Source: an uncultured Acidobacteriota bacterium (GTDB taxonomy: Bacteria > Acidobacteriota > Terriglobia > UBA7540). Taken from it: a DNA stretch of 64,000 nucleotides. The position numbers and the translations under genes were made by a program. Below, one piece after another: positions 19,933 to 29,150 of the stretch; position 1 is the first letter of the stretch; every line of letters starts with the position of its first letter. The notes beneath the pieces are model-generated. The model did not search any database. It had not been told where the DNA came from and was given only the letters and a program-made list of their open reading frames with translations. The DNA lies in contig CAWDSK010000008.1 of assembly GCA_963804995.1 (NCBI GenBank), positions 32,001 through 96,000 of the forward strand. The letters run 5' to 3'.

Positions 19933-22815
19933 ATGAAAACTCATACTATCTTTAGCCGACTCTGCCAATTCCCAATTCTCAGCCGCGCCGCCGTCACTCT
20001 GGTGGCGTTGGCCGCGCTGGCTTGGAGCAGCCTCGCCTTTTGTGGCGAGATTCATGTCGCGGCTGCGGCTGGCGACGTGGCCAAGGTTCAGGCGCTGCTC
20101 AAAAGCAATCCTGCTTTGGTGTCCAGCCAAGAGCAAAACGGCGCGACGCCTTTGCACTTTGCGGCGTCGGGTGGTTTCAAGGACGTAGCGGAATTGCTGC
20201 TGGCCAACGGGGCCGATGTCAATGCCAAGGACGGCAAGGGCGATACGCCTTTGCACTACGCGGCGTATGGTGGCCACAGGGACGTGGCGGAATTGCTGCT
20301 GGCCCACCACGCCGACATCAATGCCAAGGACAACGAGGGCGCCACGCCTCTGCACGGGGCGGCTTATGGCCACCAGGACGTGGTGCAAATGCTGCTGGCC
20401 CACCACGCGGATATCAATGGCAGGGATAAAAAGGGCGATACGCCTTTGCACTACGCAGCGTTTGGCGGCCACAAGGACGTGGCGGAATTGCTGCTGGCCA
20501 GCAAGGCTGATGTCAATGCCAGGGACGTCAAGGGCGATACGCCTTTGCACTACGCGACATCGGCTGGGCACCCGGACGTAGCGAAATTGCTGCTGGCCAG
20601 CAAGGCCGTGGTCAATACCAAGGATAAGGAAGGCTGGACGCCTTTGCACTGGGCGGTGCGCAATGCCCACAAGGACCTGGTGGTATTGCTGTTGGCCGGC
20701 AAGGCTGACGTCAACGCCAAGGATAAAGACGGTCTGACGCCTTTGCACTGGGCAGCGCGTAATGGCCAGAAGGAGGTGGCGCAATTGCTTCTGGCCAGCA
20801 AAGCCGAGGTCGATGCCAAGGACAACAACGGCCAGACGCCTGTGCACTGGGCGGCTCGTAATGGCCACACGGAGCTGGCGGGATTGCTGCTGGCCAGCAA
20901 GGCCGATGTTAATGCCAGTGACAACGACGGCCAGACGCCTCTGCACTGGGCGACGCGTAATAGCCACAAGGAGGTAGCGCAATTGCTGCGCGCGCATGGC
21001 GGGCAGGACATCGCTAAGCCCAAGCCGCCCGCGCCCGAAAAGCCGAGTACGCCCGGCACTGCGATGGTTGCCACGGACATTGATGACGCGGCCCGGGGAG
21101 GTGATCTGGCAAAGGTCCAGGCGCTGCTCAAATCCGATCCTCGCCTGGTTTCCAGCAAGGACAGCCACGAAAAGACGCCCTTGCACTACGCGGCGGAAGG
21201 TGGCCACAGGGACGTCGCGGAATTGCTGCTGGCCAACGGGGCTGAGGCGAACGCCAAGGATAGTAACGGCTGGACGCCCTTGCACTGGGCGGCACTGTGG
21301 GGCCACCAGGACGTGGCGGAATTGCTGCTGGCCAACAAGGCCGTGGTCGATGCCAGGAACAGTACAAGCGATACGCCTTTGCACTACGCGGCGTCGGCGG
21401 GTTACAAGGACGTAGCGAAATTGCTGCTGGCCAAGGGGGCCGAGGTCAATGCCAAGGACAGCCTCGGCGCGACGCCTTTGCACCTGGCGGCGACTTCTGG
21501 TCAAAAGGAGGTAGTGGAATTGCTGCTGGCCAAGGGGGCTGAGGTCAACGCCAAAGATAATAACGGCTGGACGCCTTTGCACTGGGCGGCAATGTGGGGC
21601 CACCAGGCCGTGGCGGAATTGCTGCTGGCCAGCAAGGCTGATGTCAATGCCAAGAATGGCACAGGCGAGACGCCTTTGCACTACGCGGTGTCTGCCGGTT
21701 ACAAGGACGTAGCGAAATTGCTGCTGGCCCACGGGGCCGATGTTAATGCCAAGGACAACCTCGGCGCGACGCCTTCGCAGGTGGCGACGCGTAATGGCCA
21801 CCAGGACATGGCGGAATTGCTGGGTCAGCCACGCGGTAGGGAAGTCTCCACGCCAACGCCGACCGCGCCGGCCGCCGCCACTGTGGTGACCACCCCACCC
21901 GCGCCCACCGCACCATCCGCCCCGCCCGTGGCGACCACCCCACCCGCGCCCACCGCCCCGACCGTGGCGGCCGCCAAGATTGAGGCGCCCGCGCCGCCCG
22001 CGCCCGTCCAGCCTAGCACCTCTGACACAACGATGGTCGTGGGCGATATTGATAACCTGGCCCGGGATGGCGATATCGGAAGGGTCGAGGCGCTAATCAA
22101 AGCCAACCCTCACGTGGTTCTTAACAAGGACAACCACGATAAGACGCCCTTGCACTACGCGGCGGAGGGTGGCCAGAAGGGCGTGGCGGAAATGCTGCTG
22201 GCCAACGGGGCCGAGGTCAATGCCAAGGACAAGAACGGCTGGACGCCTTTGCACGTGGCGGCGGCTTATGGCCACCGGGCCGTGGCGGAATTGCTGCTGA
22301 CCAGCAAGGCCGATGTCAATGCTCACGACAACGCCGGCATTACACCTTTGCAGTATGCGGCGTCTGCTGGTCACCAGGACGTAGCGAAATTGCTGCTGGC
22401 CAGCAAGGCCGAGGTCAATGCCAAAGATAACAACGGCCAGACGCCTTTGCACTGGGCGGCGCGTAATGGCCACAAGGTCATGGCGGAATTGCTGCTGGCC
22501 GGCAAGGCCGATGTTAACGTCAAGGATAAATACGGCTGGACGCCGTTGGACTGGGCGGCACAAGGGGGCCACCAGGACGTGGCGGAATTGCTGCTGGCTA
22601 GCAAGGCCAACGTCAATGCCAAGAACAGCGCAGGCGCAACGCCGTTGCACTGGGCAGCGCTTAATGGCCACATGGAAGTGGCGCAATTGCTGCTGGCAAA
22701 AGGGGCCGACGTCAATGCCAAGAACAGCACAGGCGTGACGCCGTTGCACTGGGCAGCAGTTTATGGCCACAAGGATTTGGCGGAATTGCTGCGCCAGCAC
22801 GGTGGCCACGAATAG
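19933..22815 (+). CDS. Secreted ankyrin-repeat protein made of three tandem ankyrin modules
   Basis: More than 20 TPLHxAAxxGHxDVAELLLAxxADVNAKD repeats; N-terminal signal peptide; Pro/Thr/Ala linkers. Confidence 0.95.
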   Translation: MKTHTIFSRLCQFPILSRAAVTLVALAALAWSSLAFCGEIHVAAAAGDVAKVQALLKSNPALVSSQEQNGATPLHFAASGGFKDVAELLLANGADVNAKDGKGDTPLHYAAYGGHRDVAELLLAHHADINAKDNEGATPLHGAAYGHQDVVQMLLAHHADINGRDKKGDTPLHYAAFGGHKDVAELLLASKADVNARDVKGDTPLHYATSAGHPDVAKLLLASKAVVNTKDKEGWTPLHWAVRNAHKDLVVLLLAGKADVNAKDKDGLTPLHWAARNGQKEVAQLLLASKAEVDAKDNNGQTPVHWAARNGHTELAGLLLASKADVNASDNDGQTPLHWATRNSHKEVAQLLRAHGGQDIAKPKPPAPEKPSTPGTAMVATDIDDAARGGDLAKVQALLKSDPRLVSSKDSHEKTPLHYAAEGGHRDVAELLLANGAEANAKDSNGWTPLHWAALWGHQDVAELLLANKAVVDARNSTSDTPLHYAASAGYKDVAKLLLAKGAEVNAKDSLGATPLHLAATSGQKEVVELLLAKGAEVNAKDNNGWTPLHWAAMWGHQAVAELLLASKADVNAKNGTGETPLHYAVSAGYKDVAKLLLAHGADVNAKDNLGATPSQVATRNGHQDMAELLGQPRGREVSTPTPTAPAAATVVTTPPAPTAPSAPPVATTPPAPTAPTVAAAKIEAPAPPAPVQPSTSDTTMVVGDIDNLARDGDIGRVEALIKANPHVVLNKDNHDKTPLHYAAEGGQKGVAEMLLANGAEVNAKDKNGWTPLHVAAAYGHRAVAELLLTSKADVNAHDNAGITPLQYAASAGHQDVAKLLLASKAEVNAKDNNGQTPLHWAARNGHKVMAELLLAGKADVNVKDKYGWTPLDWAAQGGHQDVAELLLASKANVNAKNSAGATPLHWAALNGHMEVAQLLLAKGADVNAKNSTGVTPLHWAAVYGHKDLAELLRQHGGHE

Positions 22816-22898
22816 ACTGCGTGGAAACCCAGCCTATCACTTGGCAACAAGCACTTACCGCATGATGCGCATTGCGGGGAACTAATGGAAGTTCATCC

Positions 22899-23030
22899 TT
22901 TCAGGCTCTGCCCCACCTCGATCACCAGGCATTCTCACGTGAACACATCCACGACGGTCAAAGCACGGAACCGCCGCCCGCCGGCCAACTGATCCGCCAC
23001 GAAGTTCAAACTTCAAACCTGCTTCGGCAA
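22899..23030 (-). pseudogene. IS3-family transposase (integrase core) fragment with in-frame stops
   Basis: Minus strand reads PKQV*SLNFVADQLAGGRRFRALTVVDVFT*ECLVIEVGQSLK, matching the IS3 OrfB WSxDFV.D....GR.FR.LTVVD..TRECL motif. Confidence 0.85.
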
Positions 23031-23065
23031 TTTGGACGCTGCACGGTCAACCCAAGCGCCTGAGG

Positions 23066-23202
23066 GGTAGTGGTGCAATTTGACGTAGAGGCGGCGGCAT
23101 TCATCCCGATCTGATCGGGACGCCGCGCTTGTGTAGAGGCGGCTTAACGCCGCCATATGGCGAGGTAAACTCGCCGCTACAACATCAAACTGCACCACTA
23201 CC
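23066..23202. mobile_element. MITE with GGTAGTGGTGCA terminal inverted repeats and 8-bp target duplication, carrying REP cargo
   Basis: GCCTGAGG direct repeat at 23058-23065 and 23203-23210; sister copy at 54837. Confidence 0.85.
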
Positions 23203-23357
23203 GCCTGAGGCAAGCCCTTAAACTTCGTGTCGATGCCGTGATACACTCATTTCGGCATACGTTCTTGACGGGGTTAGGCGCGATAAACAGTCTGCCTACT
23301 GGTACAAGGACGGACCGCGAAATCGTGACTACCAAAAAAGTCTTTTAGAATCATCGC

Positions 23358-23446
23358 GCGGGGGTGGCGGAACTGGTAGACGCAAGGGACTTAAAATCCC
23401 TCGGCCTGCGAAGGCTGTGCGGGTTCGATTCCCGCCCCCCGCACCA
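23358..23446 (+). tRNA. tRNA-Leu(UAA)
   Basis: Acceptor GCGGGGG/CCCCCGC-A-CCA, D-loop TGGTAGAC, anticodon loop CTTAAAA, long variable arm, GGTTCGATTCC. Confidence 0.97.
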
Positions 23447-23492
23447 CATCCATCCGTACAGTTTACTGATTCGCGGCGACAAGGAGAGAGTC

Positions 23493-24822
23493 ATGGCGAA
23501 GACTCAAGGGGCAGGGCTTGGCAAGTCGCGCCAAGGTGGCGTGGTTTTAGCTTTTATCCTGGCGATTGTAGTGATCTCATCGAACGCGCGAGCCGGCCAG
23601 TTTCGCGCCTCCGTAGTCAAAGTCGATATCACCCCGGACAAAACCGCATGGCTGAAGGGTTATGACGCGCGGCAATCGACCGGCGTGCACGATCACATCT
23701 TCCACCGCATCGTGGCGATGGACGATGGGAAAACCCAATTCTTCCTCATCTCGACTGAACTCGTTTCCTTCTCGCCTTCCATCTACGACGAGGTCACCAA
23801 AAAGCTTGAGGAGGAGACGGGAATCAAACCCGTCCAGGTATGGTGGACGGTGACGCACACGCACTCCGCGCCGGAGGTGGGGCCGCCTGGGCTGAGCGGA
23901 GTCTTCATGGCCAACCGCTTTAAGCACGCGCCGGACACTGAGTACACGGCTCACCTGGAGAGGCAATTGATTGATGGAATCAAGGAGGCGCGGCAGAAGC
24001 TCGAAGCCCGCGCGGCTGGGGGTCGGCCGGGGATTCGCGCGCGCCAACATTAACCGCCGAGCGCGAAATGAAGACGGCCCGGCGTTTCTGGGCTTGAACC
24101 CGGACGGCCCGACGGACCGGCAGATCGGACTGATCCGTTTAGAGAAAGCCGATGGCACGCTGCTGGCCCTGGTTGCCAACTATGCCATGCACGGGACGGT
24201 GCTCAGCGGCGCGAACACACTGATCAGCGGCGACGCGCCGGGCGCCGTGGCGGAATACGTCCAGCAGAAACTGGGCGCCCCGATGCTTTACATTCAAGGC
24301 GCGGCGGGCAATCAGGCCCCGATTTACACCGTCTATCCCGATTTCCGCAGCGGGCACTTGAAGGCTTTTGAAGTGCTGCTGGGTGACCCCATCATCGAGG
24401 CTAATGCGCGCCTGGGCCCCACGACTTCAGATGTCGAGCTCACACTCGGTGACACCATCGTTGAGACCCCGCGCAAGGCCGGTATGGGATGGGCGCCCGA
24501 CCTTGGCAACTACCTGCGCACGACCAGCGCCGGAACCGCGATGGTTCGCCTTCCCGTGCGCTTCTTGCGAATCAACAAGGACATTGCCGTTTGGGCGGCC
24601 CCTCTGGAGCTGTTCTGCGAAATCTCGATGGACGTACGGAACCGCTCGCCTTTTCCCTATACGTTTTATTTTGGATATTGCAACGGCGCGCTCGGCTATC
24701 TTCCCACCCGGGCGGAATTCGCCCACGGGGGTTATGAGCCGGGAGTCTCTCCCTTCACCGAGCAGGGAGGGGAAGACCTGGAGCGCGCGGTGCTGAATTA
24801 CCTGAACGGATGGGTGCGGTAG
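23493..24822 (+). CDS. Neutral/alkaline ceramidase N-terminal-domain family secreted hydrolase (frameshift near 24010)
   Basis: KVDITP..GY..R.STGVHD, THTHSAP, NRR, NYAMHGT..ISGD and GYLPT...GGYE. Confidence 0.85.
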
Positions 24823-24830
24823 CAATCCCT

Positions 24831-24971
24831 TTTGGAGTGCGGCAGCTCGCTGCCGCTTTCTCCGAGGCCAGCTCGCTGGCCGTCCGTAGATAGGGTCTGA
24901 GGCGATGGCTGCCGCGAGCGACCTCGCGGAAAGGAAAGCGGCAGTCCGCCGCGGCGGACCGCACTCCGAAA
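24831..24971. repeat. TTTGGAGTGCGG-family palindromic element between convergent genes
   Basis: tttggagtgcggcagctcgctgccgcttt ... aaagcggcag...ccgcactccgaaa. Confidence 0.85.
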
Positions 24972-24973
24972 CT

Positions 24974-26394
24974 TCAAACCTTCTCAGGAACCACGAAGGG
25001 CGCGCGGTAGGCGCCGCGCAGCAGGCGATTAGCCTCCTCATCTCCAATCACTTGTTCGGTGGCAGGATCAAAGTTCAGCGTGCGGCCCAGGCGGTAGGAC
25101 GCATTGGCCAGATGCACCAGCGTGCAGGAGTAGTGTCCCTCTTCGATCGGCGCGTGGAGATCTTCCTTCTTCCGGCTGCGCACCGCGTCAATGAAATTCG
25201 CCCAGCAACTGCCATCCTGTTGATTGCCGGAGGGGCCGGGTTCCTGCTCGGGTCCCAACCAAGTCCGATAGAAATCGTGTCCCCCGTGAGCAATGGCCAT
25301 GTACCCCTTGGGCCCATAGAAAATATCCCCCACGACTTGCCCTGAAAACTGGCGGCGGTGCTCGCTGCGAGGGTCGGGGTAGCCCTGGAAATTCGGGATG
25401 ATAAGGCCGAACCCGGGCGTGTCGATTTCCGCTTCATGATTGGTGATCCAGTGCCGCACTTCCATCACCAGCAACTTGCGCTTGCCTTCGGGCATATCGA
25501 ACTGGAAGGTGCAATTGAGCGTGTTGGGCGTCTCCTGGTCATCGTCAAACATGAAGTGTCCACCGATGGCGGAAACCTTGTTGGGGAACTTGACTCCCAG
25601 CCCCCAGCGCGCCACGTCCATGTAGTGGATGCCCTGATTGCCCACGTCGCCGTTGCCCGTATCCCAGAACCAATGCCAGTTGTAGTGGAAGCGATTTTGG
25701 GTGAAGGGCTTTACCGGGGCGGGGCCAATCCAAAGGTCGTAATCAACGCCGCTTGGAACCGGCTCGACCGGAGCGCGTCCAATACTGGGGCGTTTGCAGT
25801 AGCAAATCCCGCGCGCCATGTAAACGTCGCCCACCACGCCCTCTTGAAGTTTCTAAACGCCCTCCCGCACGGCTGGACTGGTTCGCAGGTTGGTGCCGTG
25901 CTGCACCATGCGATTGTATTTTGACGCGGCTTTCACCATTTGATGCCCCTCCCACCAGTTGTGGGAGCAAGGCTTCTCAACGTAAACATCCTTGCCGGCC
26001 TGGCACGCCCAGATGGCGATGAGCGAGTGCCAGTGATTGGGGGTGGCAATCGAGATGACATCAAGGGAGGTGTCTTCCAGAAGCTTGCGAACATCGACGA
26101 AGGTTTTGGGTCGAGGCAGGCCCATCTTTTCCATGTCGGCAAGACGGTTGTTCAGGATGTTCTCGTCGACTTCGCAGACGGCGGCAACCTCAACGTTCGA
26201 CACTCCTGCATACTCTTCGACATGCAAAAAACCCTGCCCGCGCAATCCCACTACTGCAACCCTGACCCGGTCGTTCGCGCCAAAAACTCGCTCCGGCCGC
26301 GTGAGGAAGGTGATTCCCGCGAGCGCCCCCAGGCCCGCTGCGGCGCTGGCCGATGTGTTTGGAGTCTCTCAACTATTATTCGTCTCGTTGCCAT
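24974..26394 (-). CDS. Gfo/Idh/MocA family oxidoreductase, probably Tat-exported (frameshifts near 25845, 26255 and 26360)
   Basis: IATPNHWH, ACQAGKDVYVEKP, VDYDLWIGPAP, HYNWHWFWDTGNGDVGNQGIH; MATRR N-terminus. Confidence 0.88.
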
Positions 26395-26515
26395 CCATCT
26401 TTGTGAATACCTCCGTGCGGCAGTTGGCGATATTACCCGATTCTGCGGGGAAAGAGAAAATCGATATACCGGGAACCGCGTCCGCCGGAGGTAGACGAAT
26501 GGTTCGAGCCAGCGG

Positions 26516-26660
26516 GTAGCGCAGACGTACGCGTTGTTTGCGTTCGTCTGCGGCCCTTCAACGGTCCATGGAATGTCCTCTTTGGATGTTGATGCCATGG
26601 TTGATGTTTCCATGTTAAGAACCGCGGAGGAAGGCAAAAGGCGCCTACCTCCGCGCTACC
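26516..26660. repeat. Inverted pair of GTAGCGC(A/G)G REP units (REPIN-like)
   Basis: ggtagcgcagacg..cgtctgcgg ... ccgcggagg..cctccgcgctacc. Confidence 0.7.
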
Positions 26661-26735
26661 CGCTCTCGCTTCACGTCATTGCATTGACACCAAATATTCC
26701 GAGTGATATAGGAAACAGACCCAGGGGCAGGAATC

Positions 26736-27752
26736 ATGTGGAGGTGTGTTTTGACAAAGACAAACGCCGGGTGTGTGTTTCCCCTTCATTCTGATCGGCG
26801 CTTTCGTCTGCACGCGAGGGGGTGGGCGCGTGCGTCAGCGATCCTCTTGTCAGTGGTCTTCTCGGTCGCCCTGGGGGTCGGGACCTCATACGCGCAAATG
26901 AGAGACGTGGCGCAAAAGCTGGGGTATCCCGCCGATTCGAAGCTTCTGATCATTCAGGCGGATGATGTGGGGGTCTACCACGCGGCAGATCTCGCGAGTT
27001 TCACCGCGCTCAGCCAAGGGGCGGTCACTTGCGGCACTGTCATGATGACTTCCCCCTGGCTGACGGAAGTCGCGCAATTTGCGAAGCAACATCCGAACCT
27101 CTGCCTGGGGGTCCACCTGGTGCTTTCCAGTGAATACGATACTTATCGCTGGGGTCCAGTGGCGCCCAAGGATCAGGTGCCCAGTCTACTTGATCCCAAC
27201 GGTTACATTTGGCAACATGGTTCCGACACGGTCAGTCACGGCAAGCCCGCGGAAATCGATCGTGAAATTCGCGCCCAGATGGACCGCGCCTTGCAAATGG
27301 GTTTTCAACCCGACTTTGTGGATAGCCATCAAAGAGCACTGATGTCCAATCAGGAGCTTTTCCAGATTTACATGAAGGTCGCGCACGACTACAAGCTGCC
27401 TTTCCTGGGGGGGCGGGACCGGGCGACCGGGGGGAGTTTCGTCCCCCTGCTTTCCGATAAAGACGTCGCAGTCGATTCGGTTATTGTCATTTCCTCAACC
27501 ACTCCTCCCCAGGATTGGATGGGGTTTTACACGCGCGCCGTGAAGGCACTCAAACCCGGGCTGTACCAGCTTTACGTCCACCTGGACTTTGATAATGACG
27601 AAGCAGAGGCGGTTTCCGTAGACCACACTGCCTATGGCGCCGCGTGGCGTCAGCGCGATTTCAACGTGATGACGAGTCCGGAATTCAAGAAGGCCTTGGA
27701 AGACAATCACGTCATTCTGGTCACTTGGAAAGATATAAAGAAAATTATGTAA
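26736..27752 (+). CDS. YdjC/ChbG/HpnK family carbohydrate deacetylase (start uncertain)
   Basis: LLIIQADDVG, GVHLVL, EIRAQ and VDSHQ motifs. Confidence 0.85.
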   Translation: MWRCVLTKTNAGCVFPLHSDRRFRLHARGWARASAILLSVVFSVALGVGTSYAQMRDVAQKLGYPADSKLLIIQADDVGVYHAADLASFTALSQGAVTCGTVMMTSPWLTEVAQFAKQHPNLCLGVHLVLSSEYDTYRWGPVAPKDQVPSLLDPNGYIWQHGSDTVSHGKPAEIDREIRAQMDRALQMGFQPDFVDSHQRALMSNQELFQIYMKVAHDYKLPFLGGRDRATGGSFVPLLSDKDVAVDSVIVISSTTPPQDWMGFYTRAVKALKPGLYQLYVHLDFDNDEAEAVSVDHTAYGAAWRQRDFNVMTSPEFKKALEDNHVILVTWKDIKKIM

Positions 27753-27768
27753 CCGAGGAGACGCATTA

Positions 27769-28599
27769 ATGTCCGTGAACCCCAGGTTGAACCGCTTGTT
27801 CGCGGCGGACGGCAAGTGCTTTGAGGTGGCGCTCGACCACGGCGCGCACAATGAGCCGAGCTACCTTCCCGGCATGGAGAACTTGCAGCAGGTGGTCGCG
27901 ACCGTGGCGGCGGCCAGTCCCGACGCCATTTTGCTGAGTCTTGGCCAGGCCCACTGGTTGCAGGATACGGTGGGGAAAGCGAAGCCCTCCCTGGTAGTGC
28001 GAGTCGACCCAACGAATCTTTACAACACGCCCACGCCGCGCCAAGTGTTTTGCCACTTGATCGAAGATGCGGTGGAACGGGCCGTGGCTCTGGACGCCGC
28101 CTCGCTGGTGGTCAACCTGTTGTGGCCGTCTGACCAGCCGGATTTGTACCGTCAGTGTCTCGCCAATGTCTGCCGCGTGAAGACACAATGTGAACGATAC
28201 GGTATGCCGCTTATGGTGGAGCCTCTTGTCATGTTGCCTGACAAGAAGGCGGGCGGGTATAAGCTCGATCCCGACCTGCGCCGGACGATATCTTTGGTCC
28301 GGCAAGCCGTCGAGTTGGGCGCGGATGTGGTCAAAGCCGACCCCTGCGATAATCTCAGTGAGTACCACCGGGTCGTGGAAGCCGCATCGCCCAAGCCCGT
28401 GCTCCCTCGGGGCGGCGCGCGCGTAGCGGATAAAGAAATACTGACTCGTACACACGCGTTAATCGAACAAGGTGTTTCGGGCATCGTCTATGGACGAAAT
28501 GTTTTTCAGCATCCCCACCCCGAAAAGATGATCCGGGCGTGCAAGGCCATCGTTCATGAGGGAGCAAGCGTTGCGCAGGCGATGGCTTTACTAAAGTAG
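27769..28599 (+). CDS. Class I aldolase, DhnA/LsrF family
   Basis: RLNRLF..VALDHG, GMPLMVEP, AVELGADVVKA (Schiff-base Lys), RGG and GRNVFQ. Confidence 0.9.
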   Translation: MSVNPRLNRLFAADGKCFEVALDHGAHNEPSYLPGMENLQQVVATVAAASPDAILLSLGQAHWLQDTVGKAKPSLVVRVDPTNLYNTPTPRQVFCHLIEDAVERAVALDAASLVVNLLWPSDQPDLYRQCLANVCRVKTQCERYGMPLMVEPLVMLPDKKAGGYKLDPDLRRTISLVRQAVELGADVVKADPCDNLSEYHRVVEAASPKPVLPRGGARVADKEILTRTHALIEQGVSGIVYGRNVFQHPHPEKMIRACKAIVHEGASVAQAMALLK

Positions 28600-29150
28600 A
28601 CGTGTAACCTTTCCGTTCTGGGACGGCGAACACCTGGCTTCACCGCACGGCCACCTTTTTGCCTTGCGAATCCGCATTTCAATCCCACGTTTTCGTCAAG
28701 TGGGACATGTCCCAGAAGTTGCGCTCCCAGCGCCTTAGCGCGCGAGGTCCCACCAAATCCTCCACCTTCATGCTCTTTTTTCCTATGGCATTTCGAGTGT
28801 GGTTCCGCCGCGCCAAGCTCCAGCTTTCGCCCCGATTTTTGAGGCGGAAACTCCCCCTCTTTCTCATCAAGTTTCACACCGCAGCCATCACAGCTTCACA
28901 TGGCGCCTCCATAATAATTGTTAGTCCCTCACTTGCGCGGCAGTTTGGTGTATAATCGCAAACATCGGGGAAAGCAGGATAGAAATCGCGGCCCACTCAG
29001 ACCGCTGCACGTGCTAACAGGGAACCACCGCTACTAACGGCCGGGCTAAGCGGACCAGGACCGATGTCGGCAGGTGGCTTAGCTCCTTTCCCCACGGGTA
29101 GGAATCTTCGAAATCAAACTCGTCTAAACGTCCAGAAGGGGACTTCGGCC

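Noticed and set aside
19789..21801. 670-aa minus-strand ORF (also 22093..22809)
   Set aside because: Antisense shadow of the repetitive ankyrin gene.
22872..23063. 63-aa plus-strand ORF
   Set aside because: Antisense reading of the IS3 remnant.
23364..23492. N-terminal extension MAELVDARDLKSLG of the ceramidase-like ORF
   Set aside because: This is the tRNA-Leu sequence; the likely start is 23493 after AAGGAG.
23446..28600. tRNA-anchored genomic island
   Set aside because: No integrase and no duplicated tRNA 3' end found in the window.
28679..28870. 63-aa basic minus-strand ORF
   Set aside because: Could be real, but three short ORFs overlap here with no clear RBS or motif, so I cannot choose one.
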